Of a stretch of DNA of 64,000 nucleotides, positions 27,470 to 37,314 are shown piece after piece. Numbering within the stretch: the stretch's first letter is position 1; each line of letters begins with the position of its first letter. Made by a program: the position numbers and the translations under genes. The notes beneath the pieces are model-generated. The model made no database searches and had not been told where the DNA came from. It saw nothing but the letters and a program-made list of their open reading frames with translations. Source of the DNA: a virus; the IMG/VR virus record IMGVR_UViG_3300032214_000528, positions 32,001-96,000 of that record. The stretch is one strand, 5' to 3'.

Positions 27470-27541
27470 GCCTTCGTAACTCAGAGGAAGAGTATTCGGT
27501 TTCTACCCGACTTGCCGCAGGTTCGAATCCTGCCGAGGGCA
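27470..27541 (+). tRNA. tRNA-Arg(UCU), CCA not encoded
   Basis: Acceptor GCCTTCG/CGAGGGC, D stem ACTC/GAGT, anticodon loop TTTCTAC, T arm GCAGG-TTCGAAT-CCTGC. Confidence 0.93.
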
Positions 27542-27774
27542 CTTTCAAAAGCACTTTTATAGCATACTTTTATACTTCTTTCGTACAAAGACTTCTATAA
27601 TAAAACATCATTTAATGCCCTAATCCCTGCGTAGTTCTTTACGCTCAGAACATATGTTGTTTATGAAAGGGTAAAACAGCCTGTATCTCGTTGCACGGGC
27701 GCAAAAATCTTTTTACCCCTAACCGTGCTATTGTTCATGTGTCAAGTACCCTGCTTGACGATATGGAGTAATAG

Positions 27775-28068
27775 ATGAATAAAGCAATGATCGACTCCTA
27801 CTTACGAAACTTACTTGGTCAAGTCATTGGTGCAATTACCATTGTCAGCCAGACAAGCGGAGTAGGCAGTCCAACTGACTTCGGTTCAAGCGAATGGCTT
27901 CTAGTAGCCAATGCTCTCTGGGCATCCCTAGTTCCAGTTGTAATTAGGTACGCAAAGAAAAGTGACCCAGCCTTCGGTCTGATCGCTGAAACAGCGACGG
28001 CGGAAGTAACAAAGAAGATTTCCACAGCTGCGGCCGCAAAGAAGAAAGCCCCAGCAAAAAAGAAGTAG
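27775..28068 (+). CDS. Holin-like membrane protein
   Basis: Two hydrophobic segments, WLLVANALWASLVPV..DPAFG, basic C-terminus. Confidence 0.55.
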   Translation: MNKAMIDSYLRNLLGQVIGAITIVSQTSGVGSPTDFGSSEWLLVANALWASLVPVVIRYAKKSDPAFGLIAETATAEVTKKISTAAAAKKKAPAKKK

Positions 28069-28142
28069 GGGTAAAAACGTCAGCCCCCTGGGGGTAAAAC
28101 CTCAGGGGTCTGTAAACCACATCTATCATAGAAAGGCACAAA

Positions 28143-28373
28143 ATGGAAGAACTAAATATCCCAGACACCTGCATCACAAATGAGCAAAAGGTTTTCTGGT
28201 TGAAGGAATTGATTGCAAACAACAAGTATGCAAACGAAGAACAGCGTCAACAGATTCAAGTCCTCTTGGCAACTTACTCTGTGGGTGGACGTCTACTTGT
28301 AGACGGACAACTTCCAGAGCACCCAGATCAAATCATCCCTCAAGAAGACGCAACTCCTAGAACATCAGAGTAA
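28143..28373 (+). CDS. Hypothetical protein
   Basis: 76 aa with GAAAGG RBS. Confidence 0.6.
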   Translation: MEELNIPDTCITNEQKVFWLKELIANNKYANEEQRQQIQVLLATYSVGGRLLVDGQLPEHPDQIIPQEDATPRTSE

Positions 28374-28379
28374 CTATAG

Positions 28380-29318
28380 ATGACAGACATTTCCCCCTTC
28401 GAAGCTGAAGATGGCCCGGAAGATACAACACCAGTTGTAGACACCCCCATCGACTACCGCCCTGACCTTTCGGCTCTTGGCATGCTCGAAGTTGAAAAGG
28501 GAGTTGTCGAAGACACCTACGAAAACAGAGCTGCCCTTCGAAAGGCGATGCTGAACTGGGATTCTGTTTATGACCAGTCAGGCGCCCCGACAGGGTTGAT
28601 TGCTGCCCGCTCACAAGAAGCCATCAAAGAAAGACGGCTAATGAGCTTGGCAGAGAAGAAACCGCTGTTGTTAGATCCAGGAAATAATAACTCAGATTTC
28701 CTAACGGGCCTCGAGCTCCTCCTAGACGATGACGCCATAAAGATTTGTCCACCTTGGGTTATCGGCGCAACCCGCACATGGCAAGCCGAACAAGAGACTG
28801 GCCCGAAATCATCTAAGCGAGCGCCAGCGGCTATGCCTCATCGCTGTACCAAAATTAAATCAGACGGCATCCGCTGCATGCTGTGGGGGTCAGGTCGTGT
28901 CAAAGATGACGGTTTGTGTCGAGTCCACCTCAAAGGCATTAGACGGCCGGGCGCAGATGTCGAACGGGCAAGAATCAAGATTATGCAATCGGCAAGCTAT
29001 GCTGTGGATAAGCTTGAAGAGTTAATGGAGAACGCAGTCTCTGAACCAGTCCAACTTAAAGCGGCAACGGAACTACTTGACCGTGCTGGAGTCCGAGGCG
29101 GGACCGAGCTGGATATCGGAGTTGATATTTCCGGGGAGAGGCCAGCTCACGTCATCGTGGCTGAACGTCTGCAACGGCTAGCGGCAGGTGCTGCACACAC
29201 GGCAAGCAACCTAGCTAACGACGGGGTAAAAATAATTGACGCCGAAGTATCGGATGTCTATGACATAACAACCGCAGCCAAAGAGGAAGACGGGCCAGAT
29301 CCAGATGACCGCAAATAA
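28380..29318 (+). CDS. Terminase small subunit-like protein
   Basis: RC..K.DG.RC...GLCRVH zinc knuckle followed by AVDKLEELM..A.SEPVQLKAATELLDRAG helical motif. Confidence 0.55.
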   Translation: MTDISPFEAEDGPEDTTPVVDTPIDYRPDLSALGMLEVEKGVVEDTYENRAALRKAMLNWDSVYDQSGAPTGLIAARSQEAIKERRLMSLAEKKPLLLDPGNNNSDFLTGLELLLDDDAIKICPPWVIGATRTWQAEQETGPKSSKRAPAAMPHRCTKIKSDGIRCMLWGSGRVKDDGLCRVHLKGIRRPGADVERARIKIMQSASYAVDKLEELMENAVSEPVQLKAATELLDRAGVRGGTELDIGVDISGERPAHVIVAERLQRLAAGAAHTASNLANDGVKIIDAEVSDVYDITTAAKEEDGPDPDDRK

Positions 29319-29505
29319 TAATTCGGTTTCACTAGCTCAAGAGCTAGCCGCTAACCTCCATGCCGACATCGGCTTGGCAAAGACTAGAGAAGAACATATC
29401 CGAGTAACGGCACGGGCTAATGCAGCTGCCGCTCTTTTAGCGGAACTAAATATTCCACTTTACGAATTCGATCAAGCAACTTTCACAAGCGGCAAGGACG
29501 AGTAG
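29305..29505 (+). CDS. Hypothetical protein
   Basis: 66 aa, overlaps upstream gene. Confidence 0.55.
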   Translation: MTANNNSVSLAQELAANLHADIGLAKTREEHIRVTARANAAAALLAELNIPLYEFDQATFTSGKDE

Positions 29506-29552
29506 GTTTATATAACCAATACGCTAACGGATAGCGTATTAGTTATATAAAC
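29506..29552. repeat. 47-bp near-perfect inverted repeat
   Basis: GTTTATATAAC-C-AATACGCTA ACGGA TAGCGTATT-A-GTTATATAAAC; 20 of 21 positions pair. Confidence 0.85.
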
Positions 29553-29579
29553 AAATGTCAAGCAAGCGGCAAGGGAATC

Positions 29580-30740
29580 GCACATTGTTATTTACTCACG
29601 AGTAGTTGAAGTTTCAACTAGCGGCGTGGGATAGGGACGCTCGAATATATAACGGATCGTTGTCACACGAGCTCGAGGAGTGCTAACGGATGTTGTTACT
29701 TCCGGGGTCTACAGCTGCAGATCCACTGAACGGTGGACAGACTTAATTCTAACCCTGTACGCCTGAACCAAATAGATGACGGATAGTTAACAGTTTCGCT
29801 GTCAAAGCGGAAAGGGCCCCTTAGCCCGGAAAATATAATACAAGACGCAGCGAAGACGAGGCAGCTGCCGCCGGGAACAAACAACTGTGAGCAATAAAAT
29901 CACCGGGTCGGCACGAGCGTGATCGGATCTAGATCTCCAGGAAATAACAAATTCAGAACGTGACAGCAGCAGCTGCAGTGAACCCCGGAACTAAATACTT
30001 GACTTGAGCACAGCGGCGTGCCAGGATGGATCCAGATCTCCGGGAAAAAACAATCTTTTTTGCCAGGGCCGGGATGGAGCTCCTCCAGCCGGGAAATAAT
30101 AATTTGACTACAGCGGCTAGGGGACCAACGGGTCCAACAGGACCAATCGGTACAACGGTGGCGGTGGAGGCGGAGGCGGCGTGCTTGCATCAAGCCCGGA
30201 AAATATAATACCGAGGAAGACGGATCCGGGTCCCTGGAAAATAAAACATCGGCTTGGGTATACAGCTGCAGCTTGACAACGGCTTGGGATTCAAAGAGCG
30301 GCATGGGATAGAGCGCTCGCAATATATAACGGTGTGAGTTGTGGGACGCAGCTTGTAGCTCGATGCTGGGAACTAATAACTTAACGGTGCGTGTAGCTTG
30401 ACAAGCATTTGACAGGGTGGTTACACTTTGCGTGCAAGTGCTCGCAAAGCGGACATAACGGTCCCCGGAAATAAAAACTCGACAGCGCATCACAGCTGCA
30501 GCTCCAGACGCTGGTCATCAACTTTAAACATATGCATGGTTGTCTACGTTGACTTTCGAAGTGACGGGGACCAGATCTGAATCCTGGAAAATAGAATGTA
30601 ACGTTAGGGCCCGCAGCTCCAGTGCGTCAGCCGGGAAAATATAATATCGAGGAAGACCACCCGGATGGCCGCCTCCTCCCGGAACTAATAATTTGTTTGC
30701 CCATGACAGCTACAGGTCGACTCACGAAAACTTTCTTGCT
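29580..30740. repeat. Non-coding region of degenerate repeats
   Basis: About 11 CC(G/A/T)GGAA(A/C)-AT-rich units, four CAGCTGCAG, and a 35-bp direct repeat at 29621/30298. Confidence 0.8.
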
Positions 30741-30748
30741 GTTAGTGC

Positions 30749-30778
30749 TTGACACAAAAAGAAACTGTGCTCTATGAT
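30749..30778 (+). promoter_or_regulatory. Sigma-A/70-type promoter
   Basis: TTGACA-18-TATGAT. Confidence 0.85.
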
Positions 30779-30824
30779 AAATCCTGCAGCAGAAATTACT
30801 CTGCTAAATGACGAAGGGAACACC

Positions 30825-31268
30825 ATGGGTTACACGCACTACTACACAAAGACTGGCACATCAGTCGAAGACTCTCGCCTCTTTGAAATGTTTATGAATG
30901 GGGCTCGAACCATTATCGAGTACGCCACTACTGTGGACAAGATTCAACTCGCAGACGGAATGGGTGATCATCTCGGCCAGTGGGAATGCTCAAAAGAAAA
31001 TGTTTGGTTCAACGGCTACGGGCCAGATTCACACGAGACCTTTAACTGGTCCTTGGATTCCTCAGGCTTTGGATTTACAAAGACGGCACGCAAACCATAC
31101 GACGCCGTAGTAACGGCATGCCTCATACATCTCAAAGATGTATACGGAGACTTGGTCAGCATCGGCTCGGACGGCTCGTGGTCTGAGTGGCAAGACGGGG
31201 CAAGGCTTTACCGCAACGCAACGGGCTTGACGGCGAGCGCACCATTCGATTTGGAAGAAGCAATCTAA
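30825..31268 (+). CDS. Conserved phage hypothetical protein (MGYTHY family)
   Basis: MGYTHYY...FNG...HETF...FTKTARKPYDAVVTACL; RBS GAAGGGA. Confidence 0.8.
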   Translation: MGYTHYYTKTGTSVEDSRLFEMFMNGARTIIEYATTVDKIQLADGMGDHLGQWECSKENVWFNGYGPDSHETFNWSLDSSGFGFTKTARKPYDAVVTACLIHLKDVYGDLVSIGSDGSWSEWQDGARLYRNATGLTASAPFDLEEAI

Positions 31269-31386
31269 AAAACAAATAGATATTACGGCGTGCCCTTTAA
31301 GCCTGTGCAGTGACACGGCAAGGGTGCGCCGTATCTTTTTAAACAACGGCATGGGATAGCCCCAGCCTCTACGAAAGGACACACGG

Positions 31387-31614
31387 ATGACACGCAAGAT
31401 AGTTACAACAATAGAAATCGAGTTCGACGAAGCTGTGATGCTCGAGGACCGGGAAAATATAATGACGGATGACGAACTTCAGATCTACGCAGCGGAGTTG
31501 TTCTGCGAGGATATCTACAACTTGGTGAAGTACAACGAACTTTATGATGTAGCGGTTGCACGCACAAGAATCGTTGATGCTGCAAATGACCAGTCCCCGG
31601 AACAAATAATTTGA
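31387..31614 (+). CDS. Hypothetical protein
   Basis: GAAAGGA RBS; acidic 75 aa. Confidence 0.7.
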   Translation: MTRKIVTTIEIEFDEAVMLEDRENIMTDDELQIYAAELFCEDIYNLVKYNELYDVAVARTRIVDAANDQSPEQII

Positions 31615-31801
31615 CGACAGCGAAGACCACCAGGCCCTGGACCGGGAAAAAATAATTCGCTGTCGAGGCCTGGAGGAAATCTATCGCCGGGAACTCACAA
31701 CTTCATTTACCAAGATGTCTAGTGTCTGAAAACCTTAGGCTCAATGATGTCCTAATCTAGAAAGGTATGATAAGGTTTTCCTAAATGACGAAAGGGAAAA
31801 A

Positions 31802-32095
31802 ATGCAATACACATTTAGATTCAATGAAATTGCAATGAACCAAGTTTGGTTTGAGGCAAAAGATGATGAAGAGGCGAAGTCTCTTATGAAGCAACTAATG
31901 GAAGATGAAATCAACATCAACGACCTTCCTGAAGTTGGGGAACGCAATAGAGGAATTGACTTGGACTTCAGCGTTTCAATCTTGGAAGATGAAAACTTCC
32001 GAGTGGTCAAAATAGAATGTTGTTCTCACGACTCACATGAAAACTATTGCGAGTGCTGTATGAACTCTTGCAATGACTGTTCTAAATCGCTATAA
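31802..32095 (+). CDS. Hypothetical protein
   Basis: AAATGACGAAAGGGAA leader. Confidence 0.7.
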   Translation: MQYTFRFNEIAMNQVWFEAKDDEEAKSLMKQLMEDEININDLPEVGERNRGIDLDFSVSILEDENFRVVKIECCSHDSHENYCECCMNSCNDCSKSL

Positions 32096-32096
32096 T
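32068..32096 (+). promoter_or_regulatory. Sigma-A/70-type promoter
   Basis: TTGCAA-17-TATAAT. Confidence 0.8.
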
Positions 32097-32125
32097 AAAA
32101 ACTACAAATGACGAAAGGGAAACAA

Positions 32126-32341
32126 ATGGAGTTTTTCAATACGCTTCCTGCAGTTCTGCAGGACATATCAAGACAAGCAAAGATGGAAGAACTTTACGAT
32201 AGTTGGCACGACTCATATATCTCTGAGGCTGGAGATGAGTTCTCTAACTATGTAGAGGAAGCATTACTTAGTTATCAACTTCCAGTTGTTCAAGAACTTG
32301 CAAAGTTGTTCTATGAGAAGCAGGAGAACACAAATGCCTAA
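32126..32341 (+). CDS. Hypothetical protein
   Basis: Conserved leader, start MEFFN. Confidence 0.7.
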   Translation: MEFFNTLPAVLQDISRQAKMEELYDSWHDSYISEAGDEFSNYVEEALLSYQLPVVQELAKLFYEKQENTNA

Positions 32342-32945
32342 CTGGTGCTCAAATACAATAAACATTTCCGGGGACCAAGAGACAGTAAAAAATCTCAAGG
32401 AGTTCGTTGGTCGCCCAATCAAAAGAACTATGGGAGAAACTGTTGAAGAGATTGAAAATCCAATCTTTTCTCTTTACAACATTGTCGCTCCGACAAAAGA
32501 TTCAGAGTCTCGTATGGGTGATGCTTTCAAGTCCCAAGGGGACGAGGACTGGTATCACAACCACATCAACACTTGGGGAACTAAGTGGGATGTTTGCGGT
32601 GAGGACTCATGTTGGTTCAGCGAATCTGATGGCTCACTTTCCTACACTTTTGATTCGGCTTGGTCTCCACCAGATTTAGCGATTGCTCGGCTTGCCGAAA
32701 TCTTCCCTACTCTTTTCATTGAACACAAATACAATGAGACTGGCATGGGCTTCTGGGGAATCACTACCTACAAAGACGGCGAGCAGTTCAGCGAAGATGG
32801 TGGCGAGATTGACCACGCTTGCTGGGCAGAGATGGGCGAGGAGTGTCCATGCGTTGAGGACCCGGAGGAATGTTCCTTCTACTCGGATTGTCCTAACTAC
32901 AAAGAGGACGAGGACGAGGAAGAGGAAGCGGAGGTATCGGCATGA
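32334..32945 (+). CDS. DUF1281/YubB ferredoxin-like domain protein
   Basis: MPNWCSN...WGTKWDV...FDSAWSPP. Confidence 0.85.
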   Translation: MPNWCSNTINISGDQETVKNLKEFVGRPIKRTMGETVEEIENPIFSLYNIVAPTKDSESRMGDAFKSQGDEDWYHNHINTWGTKWDVCGEDSCWFSESDGSLSYTFDSAWSPPDLAIARLAEIFPTLFIEHKYNETGMGFWGITTYKDGEQFSEDGGEIDHACWAEMGEECPCVEDPEECSFYSDCPNYKEDEDEEEEAEVSA

Positions 32946-33175
32946 CCCTATTCGTATGCCACACAGGAACGGACACTTGGTTCGCCCTATCGGATACCGC
33001 CTACATCTTTGACGACGAGGACATGAACGGGCTTGACCCAATCTATAAAGCGGAGTTGGAAGAGAGCATGGATAGCGGATACGCCAGCGAGGTCGCACAC
33101 CTAATCGGCATGGAAGTCGGCGAGGACGAACTCAGAAAAATATCCAAGATGCTGAAGAAAGCCCGGAAAAGATAA
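32942..33175 (+). CDS. Hypothetical protein
   Basis: ATGA overlap. Confidence 0.65.
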   Translation: MTLFVCHTGTDTWFALSDTAYIFDDEDMNGLDPIYKAELEESMDSGYASEVAHLIGMEVGEDELRKISKMLKKARKR

Positions 33176-33251
33176 TTAGAGGACGGCGTGCCCAGATGCA
33201 AATGTCTGGGCGTGCTACCCTAACGGAGTGGGAATACGAGAGAGGTAAAAG

Positions 33252-33539
33252 ATGCGACTGCATTATTTCGACATTGACGGGAACTACGGAAACGCCGACA
33301 AGATCACGGTGATTGGAACTGGTGCTTGGATTCGTGAGGATTTCTTGCTAGTCATGGAAGCCAAAGACGAGGAACGCTATTTAGTTGCTCGTGTGATTTC
33401 CGAGTGGGTTGAAGCTGGACGACCACAAAAAGATAAGGCTATGAATAAAGAGTTTAAGAGATATGGATTAAAACCTCATAAAGCTTTGCCAGTTTTTACC
33501 CCTGACCCTGAAATCGTAAAGGAAATAGATATTTCCTAA
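33252..33539 (+). CDS. Hypothetical protein
   Basis: YFDIDGNYG motif; GAGG RBS. Confidence 0.65.
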   Translation: MRLHYFDIDGNYGNADKITVIGTGAWIREDFLLVMEAKDEERYLVARVISEWVEAGRPQKDKAMNKEFKRYGLKPHKALPVFTPDPEIVKEIDIS

Positions 33540-33697
33540 TACGATCAAAATTTCTGCCTCTACGCTTTTATTCGTCATTTGAGCGTGGGGGCAGATTTAT
33601 TTTTACGACACGCTTAGGCTAATTTCGCCTCTATGATGTTTTCTGCTAGAGTTGCCTTATCGCACTTTGGGGGTGCGAAAATGACGAAAGGACACCC

Positions 33698-34153
33698 ATG
33701 CTAGACAAGACAAAGCAAGTGCAAGGACTCACAGTTTATGCTGAGTTCTCTAAAGAGGGATTTCGCACAGAGTTCTTTATGACTCCCGACGGATTTACTC
33801 CCGAAGGAACACCAGTTCCTGCAAAGGTTTATCGCAGAGTTCTCTCTGCTGATAAGCCAAAGAAGTTGTGGTCTGCCACGACTCTACGACCAGCCACAGA
33901 AATCGCCGAGATTGGCGTAAAGGATTTGGCTGACTCAGATAAAGAAACCTACATTGAGAAGCGCACCGAAAATCTAATGCAGATTTTTGAGGGCTTTATC
34001 TCAGGTGGTTGGACTATTGTAAATGAGCCATTTCTAATCGAAACTTCTCAGAAGGATTTGGTAGAAGTAGCAAAGGGAGAAACACCTATCAAAGTTGTTT
34101 ATCGTATCAACCAAAGCAGAAAAGCATTGGGCTTTCCTGCTGAGATTGCTTAG
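33698..34153 (+). CDS. Hypothetical protein, first gene of MoxR operon
   Basis: Promoter plus conserved leader; 151 aa. Confidence 0.75.
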   Translation: MLDKTKQVQGLTVYAEFSKEGFRTEFFMTPDGFTPEGTPVPAKVYRRVLSADKPKKLWSATTLRPATEIAEIGVKDLADSDKETYIEKRTENLMQIFEGFISGGWTIVNEPFLIETSQKDLVEVAKGETPIKVVYRINQSRKALGFPAEIA

Positions 34154-34165
34154 GGGGCAATAAAA

Positions 34166-35224
34166 ATGGATACAATTACTAAAGACAAGTTGGCTTCTAT
34201 TGGGGGCGACTTTTGGAATATCGTTTCAGAGTGCATAGCGCAAGGTGTGCATGAGGAAACTTCACTACGACTAAATGCAAAGGTATTACCTAGTGGTCGC
34301 TTTGTTGAGCGAGCAAGTGGCGCTGATAGAAAAGCGAGAGAGCGAGCAGGTGCTATGACTCCTAGTGGAGTAGATGTTGCTTCTTTCGAGGCTGATGATT
34401 TCTATGTTCGTCCTAATGGACAAAAGTATTTCACTCGTCAATGGGGAATTCATAAGGACATAGCAGTAATTCGCAAAGCAAGAGAAGCCACCTCAAAATA
34501 TAACTCAGAAGGAATTGGCGACCCACAGTTCGTCCTTCTCTATGGCGCTCCGGGAACTGGAAAAACTGCACTCATTGAGGCTTCATTTTCTGATGAAACT
34601 TTGCATACAATTATTGGAAGTGGAGATACAGAAGTATCTGACTTCTTAGGAAGTTTCGTTCAGACACCTAGTGGAAACTTTGAGTGGATTGACGGAGAAT
34701 TCGTCAAGGCAGTAGAAAATGGTGAGCCACTTCTAATCGACGAAATTGGTTTGATTGACCCTAAAGTTCTTTCATTTGCTTATGGTGCTATGGACGGACG
34801 AAAGGAATTCACAATTCCAATGAACCCTGATAGAGGCACTATCAAAATCCACCCTGACTTTTTCGTAGTGGGTGCGACTAACCCTAACGCTCCGGGAGTT
34901 CGACTTTCAGAGGCGTTGCTATCTCGTTTCGCAATTCAGGCAGAACTAACCACAGATTGGAAACTCGCTGAGAAGTTGGGCGTTCCTAAAACTATGGTGA
35001 GCGTTGCTCAAAATCTCTACAAGAGAAGTCAGGGCGATACTGCTGAAATCTCATGGTCGCCACAGATGAGAGAGTTGCTTGCTTTCCGTTCTACTGCCGA
35101 ACTATTTGGCACAGAGTTTGCGATTGCTAACTTAATCGCCAGCGCACCTGAACTCGACAGAGATGTGGTGGTTGATGTTATTGCTCGGGCGTATGGCGCT
35201 GAGCATAAGCCAGCAAAAATCTAG
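34166..35224 (+). CDS. MoxR/CbbQ/CobS-like AAA+ ATPase
   Basis: GAPGTGKT, LLIDEIG, ATNP, ALLSRF. Confidence 0.92.
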   Translation: MDTITKDKLASIGGDFWNIVSECIAQGVHEETSLRLNAKVLPSGRFVERASGADRKARERAGAMTPSGVDVASFEADDFYVRPNGQKYFTRQWGIHKDIAVIRKAREATSKYNSEGIGDPQFVLLYGAPGTGKTALIEASFSDETLHTIIGSGDTEVSDFLGSFVQTPSGNFEWIDGEFVKAVENGEPLLIDEIGLIDPKVLSFAYGAMDGRKEFTIPMNPDRGTIKIHPDFFVVGATNPNAPGVRLSEALLSRFAIQAELTTDWKLAEKLGVPKTMVSVAQNLYKRSQGDTAEISWSPQMRELLAFRSTAELFGTEFAIANLIASAPELDRDVVVDVIARAYGAEHKPAKI

Positions 35225-35366
35225 TTCCCTGCTAGATGTTGGCTAGTGGGGTGGGGGCTTCATGGGTGTAGCCCTCACCTACCACTCAGGGGTAAAAGCG
35301 AGGGAAAGCTTTGACTCCTACGATCAAAATTCGCAGGACTCACCTAGAGGCAGATAGCCCTAGATG

Positions 35367-35395
35367 TTGCAGGTAGATAGTTAAAAGTGTATGAT
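35367..35395 (+). promoter_or_regulatory. Promoter of the VWA gene
   Basis: TTGCAG-17-TATGAT. Confidence 0.75.
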
Positions 35396-35442
35396 AAACC
35401 TATCGTTGGACACACGATACAAAAGAGAAAAGGACGAACGAC

Positions 35443-37221
35443 ATGGCACACATTAAGCCACTAGAAACAAAAGGCTCAGGGGTCAAGACACCTACTGAGT
35501 GGCTACCAGTTGGCTACGAAATTGGATTGCTAGTTAATGAGTGGTCTGAGCGAAGCGACATTGTTGCTTGCATTGGCACAGACAAAGGTGAAGGCGCACC
35601 TGCTTGCTTTATCCCTTCACTCGCTGAGGTGCAGGTAAATACGATTGAGGCGTTTGGAGAAGGCATTACTCCTAATCTGATTGACGACCTTACAAAGCCA
35701 AAGAACCAGTTTGAGTTTCCAAAAGCAGTAGGTGCAATTATGCACGAAGCCTTCCACGCAAAGTTTTCTAGTTGGGATATTGCTCAGGCAGGTAAGGAAC
35801 TAAAGCAAGATGAGTTTCAGGCTTTGATGTTGCTAGAGGAAGGTCGCATTGAGGCACAGGGAATTATTGCTATGCCTAGAGCAAAGAACTTTTTGCGAGC
35901 AAGTGCTATGGGTTTAATTATTGACGAAGCAAAAGAAACTTTCGCTGATAACTCTAGCGTTGGGTCTGCTTGCCAGTTGGTGGGATTGGCTCATGCTCGT
36001 ATCGTTGCAGGGTCATTACTAGAAACAGAAGCAACAGATTTAATCAAGGCAGTAAATGATTTTCTAGGTGCTGACCTAGTTGCAAAGTTGATTGCAATTA
36101 TTGAGAAGTTCCAAAGCCACACTCGCCACTCAGATATTTCTGCTTGCTATCCATTAGCGATTGAGTGGGCTGAGTTGGTCAAGGAAGCAAAGAAGGAAAA
36201 GGGAGAACCTACTGCTGAGGAAATGCAGGAGTTCGCAAAGATGATGAGCGAACTTATGGCAGACATGGACTCAGAAGTTTCTGAAAATGTTTCAGATGAA
36301 CTATCAAAGCAACAGGACTCAGAGGCTATGAAAGAGTCTGCTGAAAAGAAGTCAATGAGTTCTAAAGAGCAAAAGAAAAATGAGGAAATCTCTCGTCAAG
36401 TATTCTCAAAGAGTTCAGGTCCCGGAGAATTCCGAACTGCCTCTAAGTTGATTGAGAAGCGAGCGCCTATTGCTTCTGAGAGAAGTGCGACAGTAAAGAT
36501 TGCTAGAGCATTGGAAAAAGCAAAGTATCGTGAGAAGGACATTACAGAAGTAGATAGCATTACACCTCCGGGGCGACTACGCACTAGAGCAATTATTCAG
36601 AGCAAGGCGCTTGCACAAAGAGGAATTCATAAGCAAGCAGAGGCTTTCCGCAAAACAGTTCGCAAGCACACAGACGAACCAACACTTTCAGTTGGAGTCA
36701 TGGTTGATATTTCAGGGTCAATGTCGAGTGCTATGCAACCAATGGCTTCTACTGCATGGATTATGTCTGAGGCAGTTCGTAGAGTTCAGGGTCAATGCGC
36801 TATGGTTTATTACGGCTCAGATGTTTTCCCAACACTCAAAGCAGGTCAGCGACTAAAAGATGTTTCAGTTTATTCTGCACCTGACGGAACAGAAAAGTTC
36901 GACCGAGCATTTCGTGCATTGGACGGCTCACTCAACCTTCTCAATGGAACTGGCGCTCGTTTGCTAGTAGTTGTGTCGGACGGACATTACACAAGTGAGG
37001 AAACCGAAATGGCTCAGCGTTGGCTAAAGGCTTGCACCCGAAATGGCGTTGCAGTTCTATGGCTTCCGATTGGCGACAATGGACGGCAAGCAGAGGAAAT
37101 CTGCAAAGGGGCGAACGCTCAGGTCGTGGCAGGGATTACCAGCCCAACCGAGTCGGCATTAGCGATTGGTCGCACCGCAGAGCGAGTCCTCTCAACCGCA
37201 GGGCAAAGGCAGGTCGCTTGA
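35443..37221 (+). CDS. CobT-like protein: N-terminal HExxH metallopeptidase-like domain plus C-terminal VWA
   Basis: HEAFH, LEEGRIE; VDISGSM MIDAS, VVVSDG. Confidence 0.85.
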   Translation: MAHIKPLETKGSGVKTPTEWLPVGYEIGLLVNEWSERSDIVACIGTDKGEGAPACFIPSLAEVQVNTIEAFGEGITPNLIDDLTKPKNQFEFPKAVGAIMHEAFHAKFSSWDIAQAGKELKQDEFQALMLLEEGRIEAQGIIAMPRAKNFLRASAMGLIIDEAKETFADNSSVGSACQLVGLAHARIVAGSLLETEATDLIKAVNDFLGADLVAKLIAIIEKFQSHTRHSDISACYPLAIEWAELVKEAKKEKGEPTAEEMQEFAKMMSELMADMDSEVSENVSDELSKQQDSEAMKESAEKKSMSSKEQKKNEEISRQVFSKSSGPGEFRTASKLIEKRAPIASERSATVKIARALEKAKYREKDITEVDSITPPGRLRTRAIIQSKALAQRGIHKQAEAFRKTVRKHTDEPTLSVGVMVDISGSMSSAMQPMASTAWIMSEAVRRVQGQCAMVYYGSDVFPTLKAGQRLKDVSVYSAPDGTEKFDRAFRALDGSLNLLNGTGARLLVVVSDGHYTSEETEMAQRWLKACTRNGVAVLWLPIGDNGRQAEEICKGANAQVVAGITSPTESALAIGRTAERVLSTAGQRQVA

Positions 37222-37287
37222 CCTAAGATAGGTTTTCTAGTCGGGTATCGTCCTTTTCAGCGTGTGTCCCCCCGATTAGGAAAAGAG

Positions 37288-37314
37288 AAGCCTCACCTAA
37301 TCGGTGGGGCTTTT
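37288..37314 (+). terminator. Intrinsic terminator
   Basis: AAGCCTCACC-TAATC-GGTGGGGCTT-TT. Confidence 0.75.

Noticed and set aside
27470-27541. tRNA as attP for the serine recombinase
   Set aside because: 26 kb apart, no duplicated tRNA 3' end, and the enzyme is a small resolvase type rather than a large integrase
29506-29552. Protelomerase (telRL-type) site
   Set aside because: Has a 5-nt unpaired loop and a mismatch rather than a continuous palindrome; no protelomerase seen
29696-30493. ORF-track ORFs 29696-29884, 29900-30493 and 30026-30208
   Set aside because: Lie over repeat DNA, lack RBS, and have atypical composition; treated as non-coding
29580-31700. CRISPR array or mini-array
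   Set aside because: Repeats are short, degenerate and irregularly spaced, with no constant repeat or spacer length; no cas genes in the window
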